This document shows, piece after piece, positions 1-12,360 of a stretch of DNA of 64,000 nucleotides. A program made the position numbers and the translations under genes. The notes beneath the pieces were generated by a model. That model saw only the letters and a program-made list of their open reading frames with translations, made no database searches and had not been told where the DNA came from. Within the stretch, counting starts at the first letter, position 1; each line of letters opens with the position of its first letter. This stretch comes from Octopus sinensis (lineage: Eukaryota), in NCBI RefSeq assembly GCF_006345805.1, contig NC_043008.1, forward strand, positions 48,298,001-48,362,000, read 5' to 3'.

Positions 1-607
1 TAATAAAAGAAATTAAATTTAAATAATTAAAACAAATCAATTTTTCTAGATTTGTTTGTCAATTCACAGCAAAATTGTGTGAAGGAATTGGTAGGAATGA
101 TTTTGCAAATAGAAGTGAATTTCAATTTGAGTTCACAGAGAATATTTGGTTCTTTAGTTTAACCAGCATGGCAAAGGCAATGGTGAAGCACTGTCCTTAT
201 TGTAAGACTTCAATTCTCTGGTTTTACTTTTTTACATTTTTTTATGTCATCTTAATTTTTAAGAAATCCAAGACTATTCTATTGTTTTCGACAACTGAAA
301 TGGAATTGTAAGGTGAGAAGGGATATTGAAGACATGCTGAAGAGGAAAGAAATTTACAAGAAATTATGCCAAAAGAAAGAAAAGGTAAAATTCAGATGTT
401 TAAGAAGATTAATAGGTAAAAAAACAATTAGGTGAAGAAAAATGAAGATTAAAGAATGTGGATTAGAAAGATTGACCCATTAATGAGGTGTGTTAATCTT
501 TGTCCAAGCCAAAAAGCTAGCATTTGCCAAAATTTTGAGACATAGAACTTCAAGTCTCATTTCTATGCAAGCAGTGAATGATTATTGGCAATAATATAAA
601 CCAGTAA

Positions 608-609
<2 letters not shown>

Positions 610-651
<42 letters not shown>
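610..651. repeat. (AAT)n microsatellite
   Basis: Direct observation. Confidence 0.95.
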
Positions 652-652
<1 letters not shown>

Positions 653-1636
653 TTCTAATTTTGGCACATTGCCAGCAAATTTGAGGGGAGGGGCAAGCCA
701 GTCATGTCACTCCCTGTGCTCAACTGGTGCTTATTTTATCAACTCCGAAAGGATGAAAGGCAAAGTGAACGTCAGTGACATTTGAACTTAGAACCATGAA
801 GGGCCAAAAGAAATGTTGCTAAGCATTTTGTCCAACGCGCTAACGCTTCTGCCAGCTTGCTGCCTGGATGATGATGATGATGATGATGATGATAATAAAA
901 CAAACAATAAATGGTTAGATGAAGTTAAGAGCATGAGTATTTTGGAATGGTTAATATATGTGTTCCACACTGCAATCAATTTAGTTCCAACAAACTTTCT
1001 CAGATGAAATCACTTGCCTGGCAAGTTACACCTCTGAAATAATAATGTTCACGGTGAAATTTCTAACACCAAATTCAGGAAACTGATTTTGTAGATTAAA
1101 CATGTAAATGAATGTTACTTCTTCTTTCAAATGTAATGAAAACAGGAGAACCTTCTCCAAGTGGAGATTGCCATTTAGTTCTTTGAGTACATTCTAACAT
1201 TATGTAGTATGAATGGAATGACATCCAAACTAATTAAATAATTAAATAACAAAATATGAACTTTATTAAAAGGGGGAAAAAAAAAAGGAACTTTAATGTA
1301 TTTCAGCAAAAGGATCAAAATGGTACAAAATAGTAAAATCAGAAACGGTTTAACAAATGACTAAAACACACACACACATAGATACACCTGCAAAAGAGAA
1401 GCACAAAATATTTCAATGCTGCATTTTCTATGTCAGTACCAAATCCCTTTGCTTGAATTAATTTCTAACAATAGCCATTAAAAAATTCATTTAACAAAAT
1501 ATTTAAGAATGCAAAACTATTTCTGGTGGAATCAGTGAAGGAAAGAGAGCAAGATTTATCAGTGCATCATAATAGCCAGATGGTTCAATAGCTTCAACAA
1601 CCAAGATAGGATGACACTAATCTGAATATAGTAATG

Positions 1637-1927
1637 ACTTGACTTGACTTGAGACAGCATTCACCCGGGGTGGGTTGAGCTGGCTTCATCCATCCTCAAT
1701 GCTGCATCTCTCACAAATGCCGACCAGACCTGGTGATTTGAGGCTAATGACAGCGTGATCTTCAACCACTCCTTATTCCAGCGACGAATGCCGTAGATAT
1801 GGGAGCCTAGGTTGGGTTCCAGATCAGCCTTGACTGTCATCAGCCAGGTTTTTCGTTGTCCACCACATCGCTTTCGCCAACCCTGAAGGGGACCTGGGGC
1901 AATTGCTTCGTAGATGAATTCATCTAC
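1637..1927 (-). mobile_element. 5'-truncated RTE-clade LINE 3' end with intact ORF tail, (CAAGT)n tail and 13-bp TSD
   Basis: ORF ...PLQGWRKRCGGQRKTWLMTVKADLEPNLGSHIYGIRRWNKEW...STHPG* resembles RTE RT C-termini. Tail is tcaagtcaagtcaagt. The direct repeat gaatatagtaatg occurs at 1624-1636 and 1928-1940. Confidence 0.85.
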
Positions 1928-2729
1928 GAATATAGTAATGGGTAATAACAATAGTAATAATTTGCCATCTCAGAAATTCCAATTATGAGCTATTCCAATT
2001 ATGAGCCATTTATATATACTTAGTTTGGTTTAATTCTTAGTCTGGACTTAATTTTTGTCCACGTTGACCCTTAATATTAAATCTCAAGTGACGATGAATG
2101 TAGCTTAACCTATTTACAGACAGCACCAAGATGCCAACTTTAACTGAAGCATTCTGGTGCATTGTACAGATGGGAAACCATTGTGCTATTTAAATTAATC
2201 ATTCTGGCCTCACCTGTTGCTCTCGCATTACATGTGAAATAACAGAATAAGTTGTAAAAAACGAAATTGCTAACAGCTGCTCCATCAGTTCATCTCTGCA
2301 TCATTCATCTTCCACTGTGTATCACTTACTTAGCTAATCAGTTTACCTAAAGTTTTCTCTATGTATGTATACCCCTATATATATATATATATATTGGGGT
2401 AGCAAGCATTAAATGATGATAATGTGTGTGTGGGTGTGTGTGTATATATCATTTACTTAGTCAAATCATTTGTAAATTTTAGAAAGATAAATAAGTCAGT
2501 AAAGAATATTTTTAGATATTTTATGAAATATTGACATGAACTGAAGGATTTTTGAATCAATATAAATCACTAAAAGCTGTTAAATTTGCAGGCACAGTTA
2601 TTGAATATTTTCATGACTAGTTTTGGTTAAAGTTGCTAAATTTATTGATAATTATTTATTAGAAAAGCAACAATTCCAAACTGGTCTCATAATTATTGTA
2701 TTAGTAGTAACCACAACAACAACAGTTTC

Positions 2730-3410
2730 AATCATTGGTACAAGACCAGCAATTTTGGAGAGAAGAGCTAGTCAAAGACATTGACCCCCACCCCACCCCC
2801 ATTGCTCAACTGGTATTTATCTTATCAACCCTGAAAGGATGAAAGACAATTAGTGAAATTATTCAATCCTAGAGGGATTAAAAGACCCCCGTCAGGAACT
2901 GAACTCAGAATGTAAAGAGTGAGGAAGAAATATCCCAAAGCATTTTGCCTGATGCTCTAATGATTCTACCACTTCACCACCTGGATGATGATGATGATTC
3001 TAATTTTAGCACAAAGCAATCAAATTGAGGTGAAGGGGGCAAGGCGATTACATCGATCCCAATATTTGACTGATGCTGTATTTTATTGACCTTGAAAAGA
3101 TGAAAGAAAGTTAACCTCAGGGGGGGATTTGAACTCAGAACATAAAGAGTTCAAAGAAAGCTGCTAAGTATTTTGACATGTTAATAATTCTCTCAGCACA
3201 CCCTCTTGAGACCCCAGGAAAGGGGACCAGTCAATAACATCAACCCCAGGCCTTAACTGGTACGTATTTCACTGACCCTGAAAGGATGAAAGGTAAAGTC
3301 AACCTCAGCGGAATTTGAACTCAGAACGTAAAAGCAGACAAAATGCTGCAAAGCCTTTTGTCTGGTGTGCTAATAATTCTCTCAGCTTACCATCTTGACA
3401 ATGATGCTGA
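2730..3410 (-). mobile_element. Three tandem SINE family A copies
   Basis: The block aaaggatgaaag...gaactcagaa(c/t)gtaaa recurs three times at roughly 220-230 bp spacing. Confidence 0.75.
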
Positions 3411-4099
3411 TGATGATTAAGATAATAATACCAACAATAAAACGAATTCAAATAATGAATGTAAACATTAGAACAAGGGAAATAATTAAATGGAAAAGTA
3501 GAAACTTCATCTTCACCACAAAAATGAAATAAAAAGCCAGCTGATCATGAAGCAAATTAGTTAAAACTGTTGGGGAAAGTCTGTTAAAACTATTTCACAC
3601 TAAACAATATTCAATAATGTTGTTGTAAATATGAATTGATAGATTAAATCTAATTGGAATAAATTGCAGCCACATTGAGGTAAAAAGGTTTCCTCAAAGT
3701 TTTCAGCAACTTGGAAGGAAAGTCAGACTATTAAACTAAAGCATGCACCATGTCTGCATCTGATGATCGCAGACAACTAATTGGAAGCGATGCAACCAGT
3801 TGCATTTGTACTGACTCTCTTTTATTAAGTTTTTTTCTTTTTTTTTTGACAACCCAAAAATGGCCAGAAAAATGAAATCAGAAACAACTAAAAATTTGTC
3901 TTTAACAGCAAACATAAATATGTATTATACAGTATAAAGAGGTCATGTTGTAGAATGATACACCAAGATTAAACATCAAAAGATGTGACAGATCTAAAGC
4001 CAAAGTGGGTGTATGTGTGTCCATCATCATCGGCCAGAAAAATAAAAACAGAAAAATTTATTATTATTATTATTGTTGTTATTATTGTTATTGTTATTA

Positions 4100-4520
4100 G
4101 GGCAGTGAACTGGCAGAATCATGAGCACACCAGGCAAATGCTTAGCAGCATTTGGTTTATCTTTACATTCTGAGTTCAAATGCCGCCATGGTCAACTCTG
4201 CTTTTCATCCTTTCAGGGCTGATAAAATAATTACCAGTTGAGCACTTGGGTTGATGTAATCAACTTTCCCGCTGCCTCAGAATTGTTAACCTGATTATTA
4301 TTATTAGCATACTGAAAAAAAGCTTAACAGCATTTTTTCCAGCTTTACATTCTGAGTTCAAATTCTACCATGGTCAACTTTGCCTTTCATTCTTTCGGGA
4401 TCAATAAAATAATTACCATTTGATCACTGGGGTCGATGTAATTGACAAGGCCCTTCTCGCAAAATTGCAGGCCTTGTGCCTATAGTAGAAAGGATTATTA
4501 TAATTATTATTGCAGTTGTT
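4100..4520 (+). mobile_element. Two tandem SINE family A copies
   Basis: ttacattctgagttcaaat...tcatcc/tcattc ttt...ggggtcgatgtaat occurs twice. Confidence 0.75.
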
Positions 4521-5116
4521 GTTAAGGCCATAATATTACACAGAACATGAGTTGTTGGAAAGCTAGAAACAATGAGAGGACAATGGAATGTCTTTAAAAC
4601 AGTTACATTCCTGTACATTCTGAGTTGAAAATCCAGCAGGGTAAAGTAACTTCTACACCACAGAATAGAGGAGATTTCACCCACCCACCCCTCAACATTT
4701 ATAAAGTAACTCTATTAGTTACGTACTGGGAACAATTCAAAAGATTATACCTGACTCACTACAAATATTCTTGTTACTGAGAAAAACAATGTTTCAATCA
4801 ATAGAATACCAGAAAGGTCTGCCACCAGAAATACAGTTGTATCTCTCTAACAAAGACAATCCTCAGCAGTTAATTAGCACTAATTAAGTACCATCGTTTA
4901 ACTACAATAACAACAATAGTAACACTGAAGCTTGTTGACTTGCAGGAGACGGTTTCTGCAAAGAAAGCTACCTGCAATAGTGTCAGGTGCAAGGAAATTA
5001 TTAATCTTTCCTTCATTTAACACCATACAACTACCCTATTGATATTTAGGAGTATCAAAGAATTAACTTGGCTACCTCAATATTTACAGCTCAAATACAC
5101 CCGTGTACAACTTTAC

Positions 5117-5146
5117 CTTTAAACGTTCCAGTGCAGATAGAAATAC
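5117..5146 (-). CDS. Candidate 30-nt microexon (VFLSALERLK)
   Basis: Acceptor cattattgtacag, donor AAG|gtaaag, phase 0/0 matching the upstream exon; no homology support. Confidence 0.35.
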
Positions 5147-5781
5147 CTGTACAATAATGAAGTCACTCAATTAGATCTCCCTCATTTTAGCCTTTTTTTT
5201 TTAATGTTGCATACTTTAAATGTGTTAACACAAATTTTACTGTTCTCCAAACAGCTGGTGTCTCGGACTAATCTCTCAATAATCCTATATATTCCTACAA
5301 CACAACACAAACTTATCCATTTATTTAGTAATTCTATCACTACAACAAGTTATGGTTCTCTTATGAGCTCAGAATAAGACCAAAACCCCTACACGTGCCA
5401 GAAAAATTTAAATATTAATCACTGACTAAAATTACTCCTTACTCTAATTATTTCCAGTTAGTTGCTTACCCTCCCTGCATAAAATATGTTCATTCACACT
5501 AATTTAACTATATTTACATTAAAGATTAACATCTAAGAATTTAACACGTGTGTGAGAGAAAAAGATTAGAGAAAGGGAGTGTATGCGTGTACAGCCCTTT
5601 CCTATATAAAAAGAGATTGAGTAGGAGACAAGCTTTTACCATAATTATGAAACTGGGTTAGTTTGCCATTATTTTGCAGCTATCCTAAACCTTTAATAAG
5701 CACCATGTTAATTCTTGAAGATATAAGAGAGGAGAGAAACTAATTTCTGAAATGTAGTTCCTTAAAAGAAGGTTGACTTAC

Positions 5782-6003
5782 AGGAACATGAGGAGGAATA
5801 AGAGGACTTGTATCTTTGGGCGAGAGCGTTGTGCTTTCTTCCTCTTCATCAGCCGTAGTTTCAACAGGCGTTACCTTTGTCTCTTCAACGACAGGGGAAG
5901 TATCTTTTGAAGTTGACAAGCTACGTGTAATATCTTCATCTTTTTTATCTTCAAGAGCCTTCATAACTTCATCCATAAGAGAAGGTCCAAAATCAAGTGA
6001 AGT
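5782..6003 (-). CDS. Ack-like: Tail exon (TSLDFGPSLMDEVMKALEDKKDEDITRSLSTSK...SPLIPPHVP)
   Basis: Acceptor tttgttttag, 222 nt, phase 0/0. Donor CCT|gtaagt lies inside the ORF-track entry, so the ORF stop at 5740 is probably intronic. Confidence 0.87.
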
Positions 6004-6576
6004 CTAAAACAAACAAAAAAAGGATTAAAAACATGCATTTCGTTGACCAATTTGTTTCTACATCAAACAAAACAGTTTGCAATTAGATAATTATTTGCTT
6101 AATAATAAGAGGAATAATGGGGTTTTTTTTACTTGTTTTTCTTTTATTTCTTATATAATAATTATAACAGGAGAGTGTGCAAGCTTTAGTACAGACTCCC
6201 ACTGACTGCTCAATGAATAAATGTTGGGTCTGTAAAATACAAGCCATGGGTTCAAATTCCCAATATTATGATGATATCTTCACAATAAGGATCACAGTTA
6301 AAACATTGAATGAATAATTCTTTGATTGATTGTCCAGTTTCATGTCTTTGAACCATGACCACACCAACAGAACTGACCAGAACTGCTCATTGGTAATTTA
6401 GTTACACATCTCCATTAAATTAAGAAAGAAATAGCCGAGTGGTTAAGGTAAAGTAAGAGCAGCAGCAGCAGAGAGTTTGTGTGTGATGTAACCTAGGGTT
6501 ACAATGAACACTATAAATGTATCAAATATAAAAATTAGAGGAAAAATAAGTTTATTGGTAAATATTCAAAACTTAC

Positions 6577-6700
6577 AGTTAGATCAGGAACCTTAAAGTC
6601 ACCAAAATCAAAATCCATTTCTTCATCAATATCCTGATAACCTCCACCAGAACCTTCAGTTCGAATGGTGGAACTACTCTCAAGAGAATCCCGACTAGAC
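6577..6700 (-). CDS. Ack-like: Tail exon (SSRDSLESSSTIRTEGSGGGYQDIDEEMDFDFGDFKVPDLT)
   Basis: Acceptor ctttttgcttcag, donor ACT|gtaagt, 124 nt, phase 2/0. The frame differs from the overlapping ORF-track entry. Confidence 0.88.
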
Positions 6701-8229
6701 CTGAAGCAAAAAGAAAAAAATAGATAAAGTTATCATCAAGTTCACAGGGTCGGTGGGAAATAGTCCATAATTTAAGTCTGGTGAACACAGGCACAATTTC
6801 AAAGGGCACCCTGGCATTAGGAAGGACATCCAGCGGTAGAAACACTGCCAGATCAGATTGGAGCCTGGTGCAGTCTCCTGGCTTCCCAGACCCCAGTCAA
6901 ACCATCCAACCTTTGCCAGCATGGAAAACGGACGTTAAACGATGATGATTATGATGATGAAAACAGTCAACACTGAGGGAAACTCCTAACTATCTGGAAT
7001 CACATCTTGCACCACAATTCCTTCCTATAAAAATAGACAACATTTGGTATTTCTTCATGTAAGAATAGCAAATACCTAGACAATCCAGCTTGAAACGATC
7101 ACTTCCAGCTATAAATAATTTGTATACAAAATATTATTAGATCAATTTAAACAATCAGTATTGATCTCAAAACCAATAACGTAAATTCTATATAGATGCG
7201 GCAACCCAGTGTGACACTCTGCTACATCAATTAGCAATCTGTTCTGATCTTATAATCAATGAAAAGGCTTCAGTAAAGACACCCATTGACTGATCAATAA
7301 ATGTAGGTGTAAGTGTCAGGTATCTTTAAACTATAAACCACAGACTCGAACTCTCACCATTATGATGGCATGTGCTGACAATAAGGATCCCAGCAGAACA
7401 TTGAGTGAACGATGATTGTCCAGCTTCAGGTCTTTGGACCACACAAACAGAGCTGGGCAGGACTGTTCAATGCCAAGGCAGAACTGAACTGTGGCAGTTG
7501 TTGATGTATTTAAAGTGATAAGTGTTTATCAATAGAAAGAATGATGTTGATAAAACAAGTCTCCTCTGCCTCACCCCCTCCCCCACCAAATTTGATGTTA
7601 AACAATGGAAATGGAGCTTCAGATTTCCAACCAATTTACAAAGCTTATGCAATAATAATTCATCTTCATCATTTTACATCCACTTTTCCACACAAGCAAC
7701 GGTTAAATGAGCTTTCTGAGGCAGCTCTTAACATTCACATGTCCATTTTATGGACCAAAATAAATGCAAAAACTAATTTCTGTGTGTCAGTGTGTCACAT
7801 TTAGACCACCTCTCACACTATTCAATGACACTCCTACTATTCCTCATGATGGGGTGAGAGTAATAATAGGTATACAGGGGGTGAGGGCAGTGGCAAAGAA
7901 AGAAAGAGAGAGAGAAAGAAAGAGAGGGAGAGAAAGAGAGACAAAGAAATTTAGGGAGAGTTGATGTTTTATTAAAAGTAGGGTGTTGATGGTAGCAGTG
8001 GGAGTAATAATAAAAGAGAGAGAAAGAGGGAGATGATGTACAACTTTGTTTAACCATGTCTCTTTGATAGAAATCCCTGTTACAAACATACTGAACACTA
8101 TCATTTTTGTTTTATATTTGCTTTCCTTAATACACACACACACACACACATATAAAATACACTTTCATTGAAATAAAGTTTCCCCAAAATTAAACATATA
8201 TAATAAATGTGAATGTCAGTGTGTCACCC

Positions 8230-8650
8230 TTTTTCAACTTTACTCCTAGAGACTGTTGTCCAACACATCATACCATTTGGAAATCCGGCTGGCTCCGTGA
8301 GTCAATGAAAAACATTCTGGACCAAATCTGGACCAGCAATCCTGAAATTTTGGATTCCAAAGTTTTCCGTACTCTGATTGTTTCCGGCAATTTTTTTATG
8401 TGACTTTTTGCAACAAATTTTTTGGGTACGAAAACAATTTTTATAGTCTTAAAGGCTAACTCAGTGAGTAAATTAAAAAACATTCCAAGCTGAATCCAGG
8501 CCTGCAATCCTGAAATTTTGGATTCCTATGTTTCCATTACTTGTTTTACATGATTTTTTGCAACAATCCTCATTGGGATATGACTCTGGAAGAAGCAATT
8601 GCAACAGATTCTCCAAAACAAATCAGAGATCTGTTTGCAGATCTTCCCAT
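8230..8650 (+). mobile_element. Helitron-derived remnant with a RepHel peptide fragment
   Basis: 8571-8645 translates HWDMTLEEAIATDSPKQIRDLFADL, resembling the recalled RepHel motif HW..tL.EA....p.qiR.LFa.il. An exact 23-bp repeat occurs at 8336-8358 and 8504-8526. Confidence 0.55.
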
Positions 8651-9362
8651 TCAGGGTCAGTTGCTTAAAAGCCATACACTAGTTTAAAAGCTAGAAGTTA
8701 CATAATTGTCAAAAAATAAATTCTTAAATCTTCCTTGTAAGAAGCCTTCAATACGTTTTCTCCTTAATGGCCTAGTTTAGGAAGGGAGATAAATCAGAAC
8801 TCACTCACCATACAAGTAAGGCATTAAATAAGACCAAGTGAAATACGGAACTGGACAAAACCAGTTCAGGGGATTCACAACTGAACAAATAATACTGAAA
8901 CACCAGGCCTCTTCTTTTCTTCACCATAAACTCCATTTATTTTTAACTTCTTTTTACCAGATAAGGTGATATAGTGCTGGACTGCATTACGTCCCTTTAC
9001 GTATGCAGTTTAAATCTGGACAGGTGAGAGAGCGAGATTGTCACCTTAACTGACAGCACCTCTGTGCACAGCTTCCCCAACTCTTGGAAGCCCTTCATAT
9101 CTTCCTAGTTATTTTAGCAATCATCAGAATGGGGAACCCTGACAGATCCCTTCTTCAGATCAACAAAAGGTGGGTCAAGAGCTTTATCCCTAGCTTTAAG
9201 TACTTTTCCTATAGTTGTCTCATTAGCATGAGAGTACCAGAGGTACTCTGTCCTTGTATAAAGCCAAACTGCTTCCCATCCCATTTAATTCTCTTCCTCA
9301 TTAGTGACGTTGGCAACAAAGTTGGTTGCACCCTAAACAAAGACAAAGACTGCGTTACTAAC

Positions 9363-9519
9363 CATGTGTTGCCGTAGCCATTGGTTCCTGGTCGAGAGCC
9401 ATCTTGATTCAGGGATATATCAGACTGACTGTTCCTAATGATGCGATCATGAGCCGGACTTTCTCCTGCAAATCTCGGTAACGATATCGATGCACCACGA
9501 CTTTCTTCAGTTAATTTAC
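9363..9519 (-). CDS. Ack-like: Tail exon (GKLTEESRGASISLPRFAGESPAHDRIIRNSQSDISLNQDGSRPGTNGYGNTW)
   Basis: Acceptor gatgttggcag, donor TG|gttagt, 157 nt, phase 1/2; compatible with both neighbours. Confidence 0.85.
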
Positions 9520-10295
9520 CTGCCAACATCAAACAACACATCAATAACAACTGATAAACACTATACAGACAGCATAAACAGTAAATGAATAATAGTCGAA
9601 ATATATTTAACATGTTAAACAACAACACCACTTCAAAATGTTGATTAGCAATTAAGTAATCGTTTTTTTAAGCAATTCCTAATATTCAGACAACAGCTTG
9701 ACTTTAGAGATAGAAATATAATGTTAGATTGTTAGTTATCAACAGCAAAGAGTAAGAAGTTGATTTGTAGATCCCAGGTGAAACAATTTCAATTCATCAA
9801 GCCAAAAATATATTATTACACAATAATATGTGACCTTTTGGTGAAGAAAGAAATCAATATAAGAAAGCTAGTCTTAGTGCCTTGTGGTGTCAGAGTCAAA
9901 TCTGTAACAGAAAACCTATTATTCAACTCCATTAAACAGAGATCAGTTCTAACTCTGTTATGTGGCCATCCAACTAGCTCATAAAATAGCAGCTACGTCT
10001 CCATCAAATTGCAACCTATCATCTATATATATATACAAAAAAAAAAAGATGCATTTGATAACCTAGTCCTAGATATATGTAAATAAAGACTGAATATTCT
10101 TGGCAGGAAGGCTTTTCATTATAGGTCTGCTTGATCAGAGCTGACCTGAGATTAAACAAAGATATAGTGCTACATACTGTAGCCAAAATACTGTGTGTAG
10201 TGCTTGAACTGTCGACTTCAGTGTTTAAGCACCGAAGCCAGAGACCAAAGTTACTAAACAACACCAGCTGACTTCATAGAACCAAGTATACTAAC

Positions 10296-10454
10296 CTGGG
10301 CTTGATACTTTTACTGGAAGCTTACCATCCCCAATGAAAGGTATGTCACCAAAAACTGCTCCATCATAACCAATATGACCTGTGTGTCGAAGATCGTCCT
10401 TTGGTCCACTGATCATGTCAGCACGAAGTTTCCTGCCTGATCTCCGACTGGATT
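10296..10454 (-). CDS. Ack-like: CRIB exon (ESSRRSGRKLRADMISGPKDDLRHTGHIGYDGAVFGDIPFIGDGKLPVKVSSP)
   Basis: Not in the ORF track. Acceptor ttttcctag, phase 1/1. CRIB consensus IS-x-P-x(3-4)-H-x-x-H-(I/V)-G is present. There are two in-phase donors, after 10326 and after 10296. Confidence 0.92.
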
Positions 10455-12322
10455 CTAGGAAAAAGAATTTGAAAAATAGGCAAAAATAAAAATATTTCCT
10501 TTTTACTATTTTTCATTTCATTGGTTTGATTTTTTTAAATTAGAAAAGTTGCAGTATTTTAGTATAAAAATAAAAAGAAATAGCAGGATGATACAAAGTT
10601 AAAGCTATTTTCACATTTCAATACTCCAAGCTCTTTGTATTCTGAGCACAATCAACAATTCTAATCGCATTTAATTTTATACATTTCTATGTTAGAAAAT
10701 GTTAAAACTATTATGTAGCGTAAACAACTTCATGTTCAGTATTTATATTTCCATCCCAAAAATCAGAAACTAACCAATTTAGAAATTGTTCTGGTGTAGA
10801 GTTTGTATACATCCTTAAACATCCAGACAGAAAATCCACTGTTGCAATTCTCAAGTCATCACACTTTCAAGCAGCTATTCCTGCCTGACCACATCAGCAA
10901 GAGGACAAGCCAGCACTATAAAGTGCCTCATCTACATCGTCATTTAGTCCTGTTTTATTTCATATGAGACCAATGAGAGAGCAGTCTCTCAACAGGCAAG
11001 AAAATGCAGCTTCACCTCCCTTACATCAAAATACCTGCCTGGATCTATGGACGGTGAGGAACAGATTTATGTCTTCCGTCCTCAGTCAGTTAATGTAAGG
11101 CTAAACAGAAGCCACAGCTTTATACAACACTGGGTCTGATTAAATGACCTCTTCACAATCTATTCTGTTTCATGCTACAATCATCCTAACTGTTAATTAA
11201 TCAATATCAACTGATTCTAATGGTTACAGAACAATTTGTTTTTGGTTGTACTCGTTACATTAATGGTGAATGAGTTAAAACACAGAATTTATGTATTATA
11301 TTATTATTATTGAGTGAGAGAGTAGCACACGCCATCAAAGTGACACTGGGACACAAATATATGAAACCCAATATACCCCTATCATGACTACCTGTTTGAT
11401 AAAAGTACATCAGGCACATGCCTCACAAGCACATGTGATATGGTGACCTCACATCAAGATAAAACATGACCTTGCAGGTAGAGCCCACAATTTTCTTCAA
11501 GTGGAGTTGCCCATCCCACTAAAAAGGTCTCTGAATAACATTTGCAGTTATTATTATTTTTCTTATTATTGTTATTAGCAATATTATAATTCAATAAATA
11601 TCAATGTCTTTCTATGTGAAAATACTCAAGTTCTCCCTTTCTCCTTTCTCCTGTCTCCCCCCTTTCCCTTCTATAAAACAATTCCTCTCCTTCTTACACA
11701 TTCACACTGTCTGCCTTTCTCAAACCTATTCAACCTTTTCCTTCTAGAATGAAATCATCTTTTCCTATAAGGTCACTCCCCCTCCCCACACACACACTCT
11801 ACTCTTCTGTTGGGGAAGGGAACTTCAAAGGACTGCTCCTTCCTCCTCCATACTCACTCTTCCTTCTTTATATTTTCAATAGTTGTTTTGCTTTTTTTTT
11901 TTTTGCTTTGCACTCATTTTTGTGGCCAACCACCATAACTTCTGCTGCGAAAAAGACTCCCATGAGTACGTTGAGTAAGGGGGGGACTAAACATCCCCAA
12001 AGACCCCTCAAGGACCATAACATCTGAACCATGATGATAGATCTAGCTCGGGTTTTTACCAACCTCACTATTAAGATAGGTTTCAGTAATTAGGATAATC
12101 TTGAATCTATAAAGGTGTCACAGCTAAATACATTTACATTATCTGATTTTGGTGATTTCAAAGAACTTTTGACTTGCTTCCACACATTTTCTATGGAGTT
12201 GGGTGGTTGTTGCTGGTTGTGAAAGACTTTGAACAGAAACTAAAAACAACAAAACATTGCCATAAGCTCTGGCTAACAACCAACTTCTAACAGACACTGA
12301 AATTAAGTATCAACTATCATGT

Positions 12323-12359
<37 letters not shown>

Positions 12360-12360
<1 letters not shown>

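Noticed and set aside
3762-3800. CTGATGA followed by a tcgc..gcga stem
   Set aside because: No GAAA or UH elements follow.
4900-4971. Possible further exon (KPSPASQQAS... or VAFFAETV...)
   Set aside because: The acceptors are plausible but there is no convincing donor or protein similarity, and the frames run into simple repeats.
5740-5781. ORF-track stop (...KELHFRN*) taken as the kinase C-terminus
   Set aside because: A consensus GTAAGT donor at 5781 precedes it, so the gene probably continues. Intron retention cannot be excluded.
9209-9362. Read-through of the 9519-9363 exon into a 51-codon extension, and nearby coding-looking frames
   Set aside because: A good phase-matched donor (gttagt) joins the next exon in frame, and the only nearby acceptor would give a 30-nt intron.
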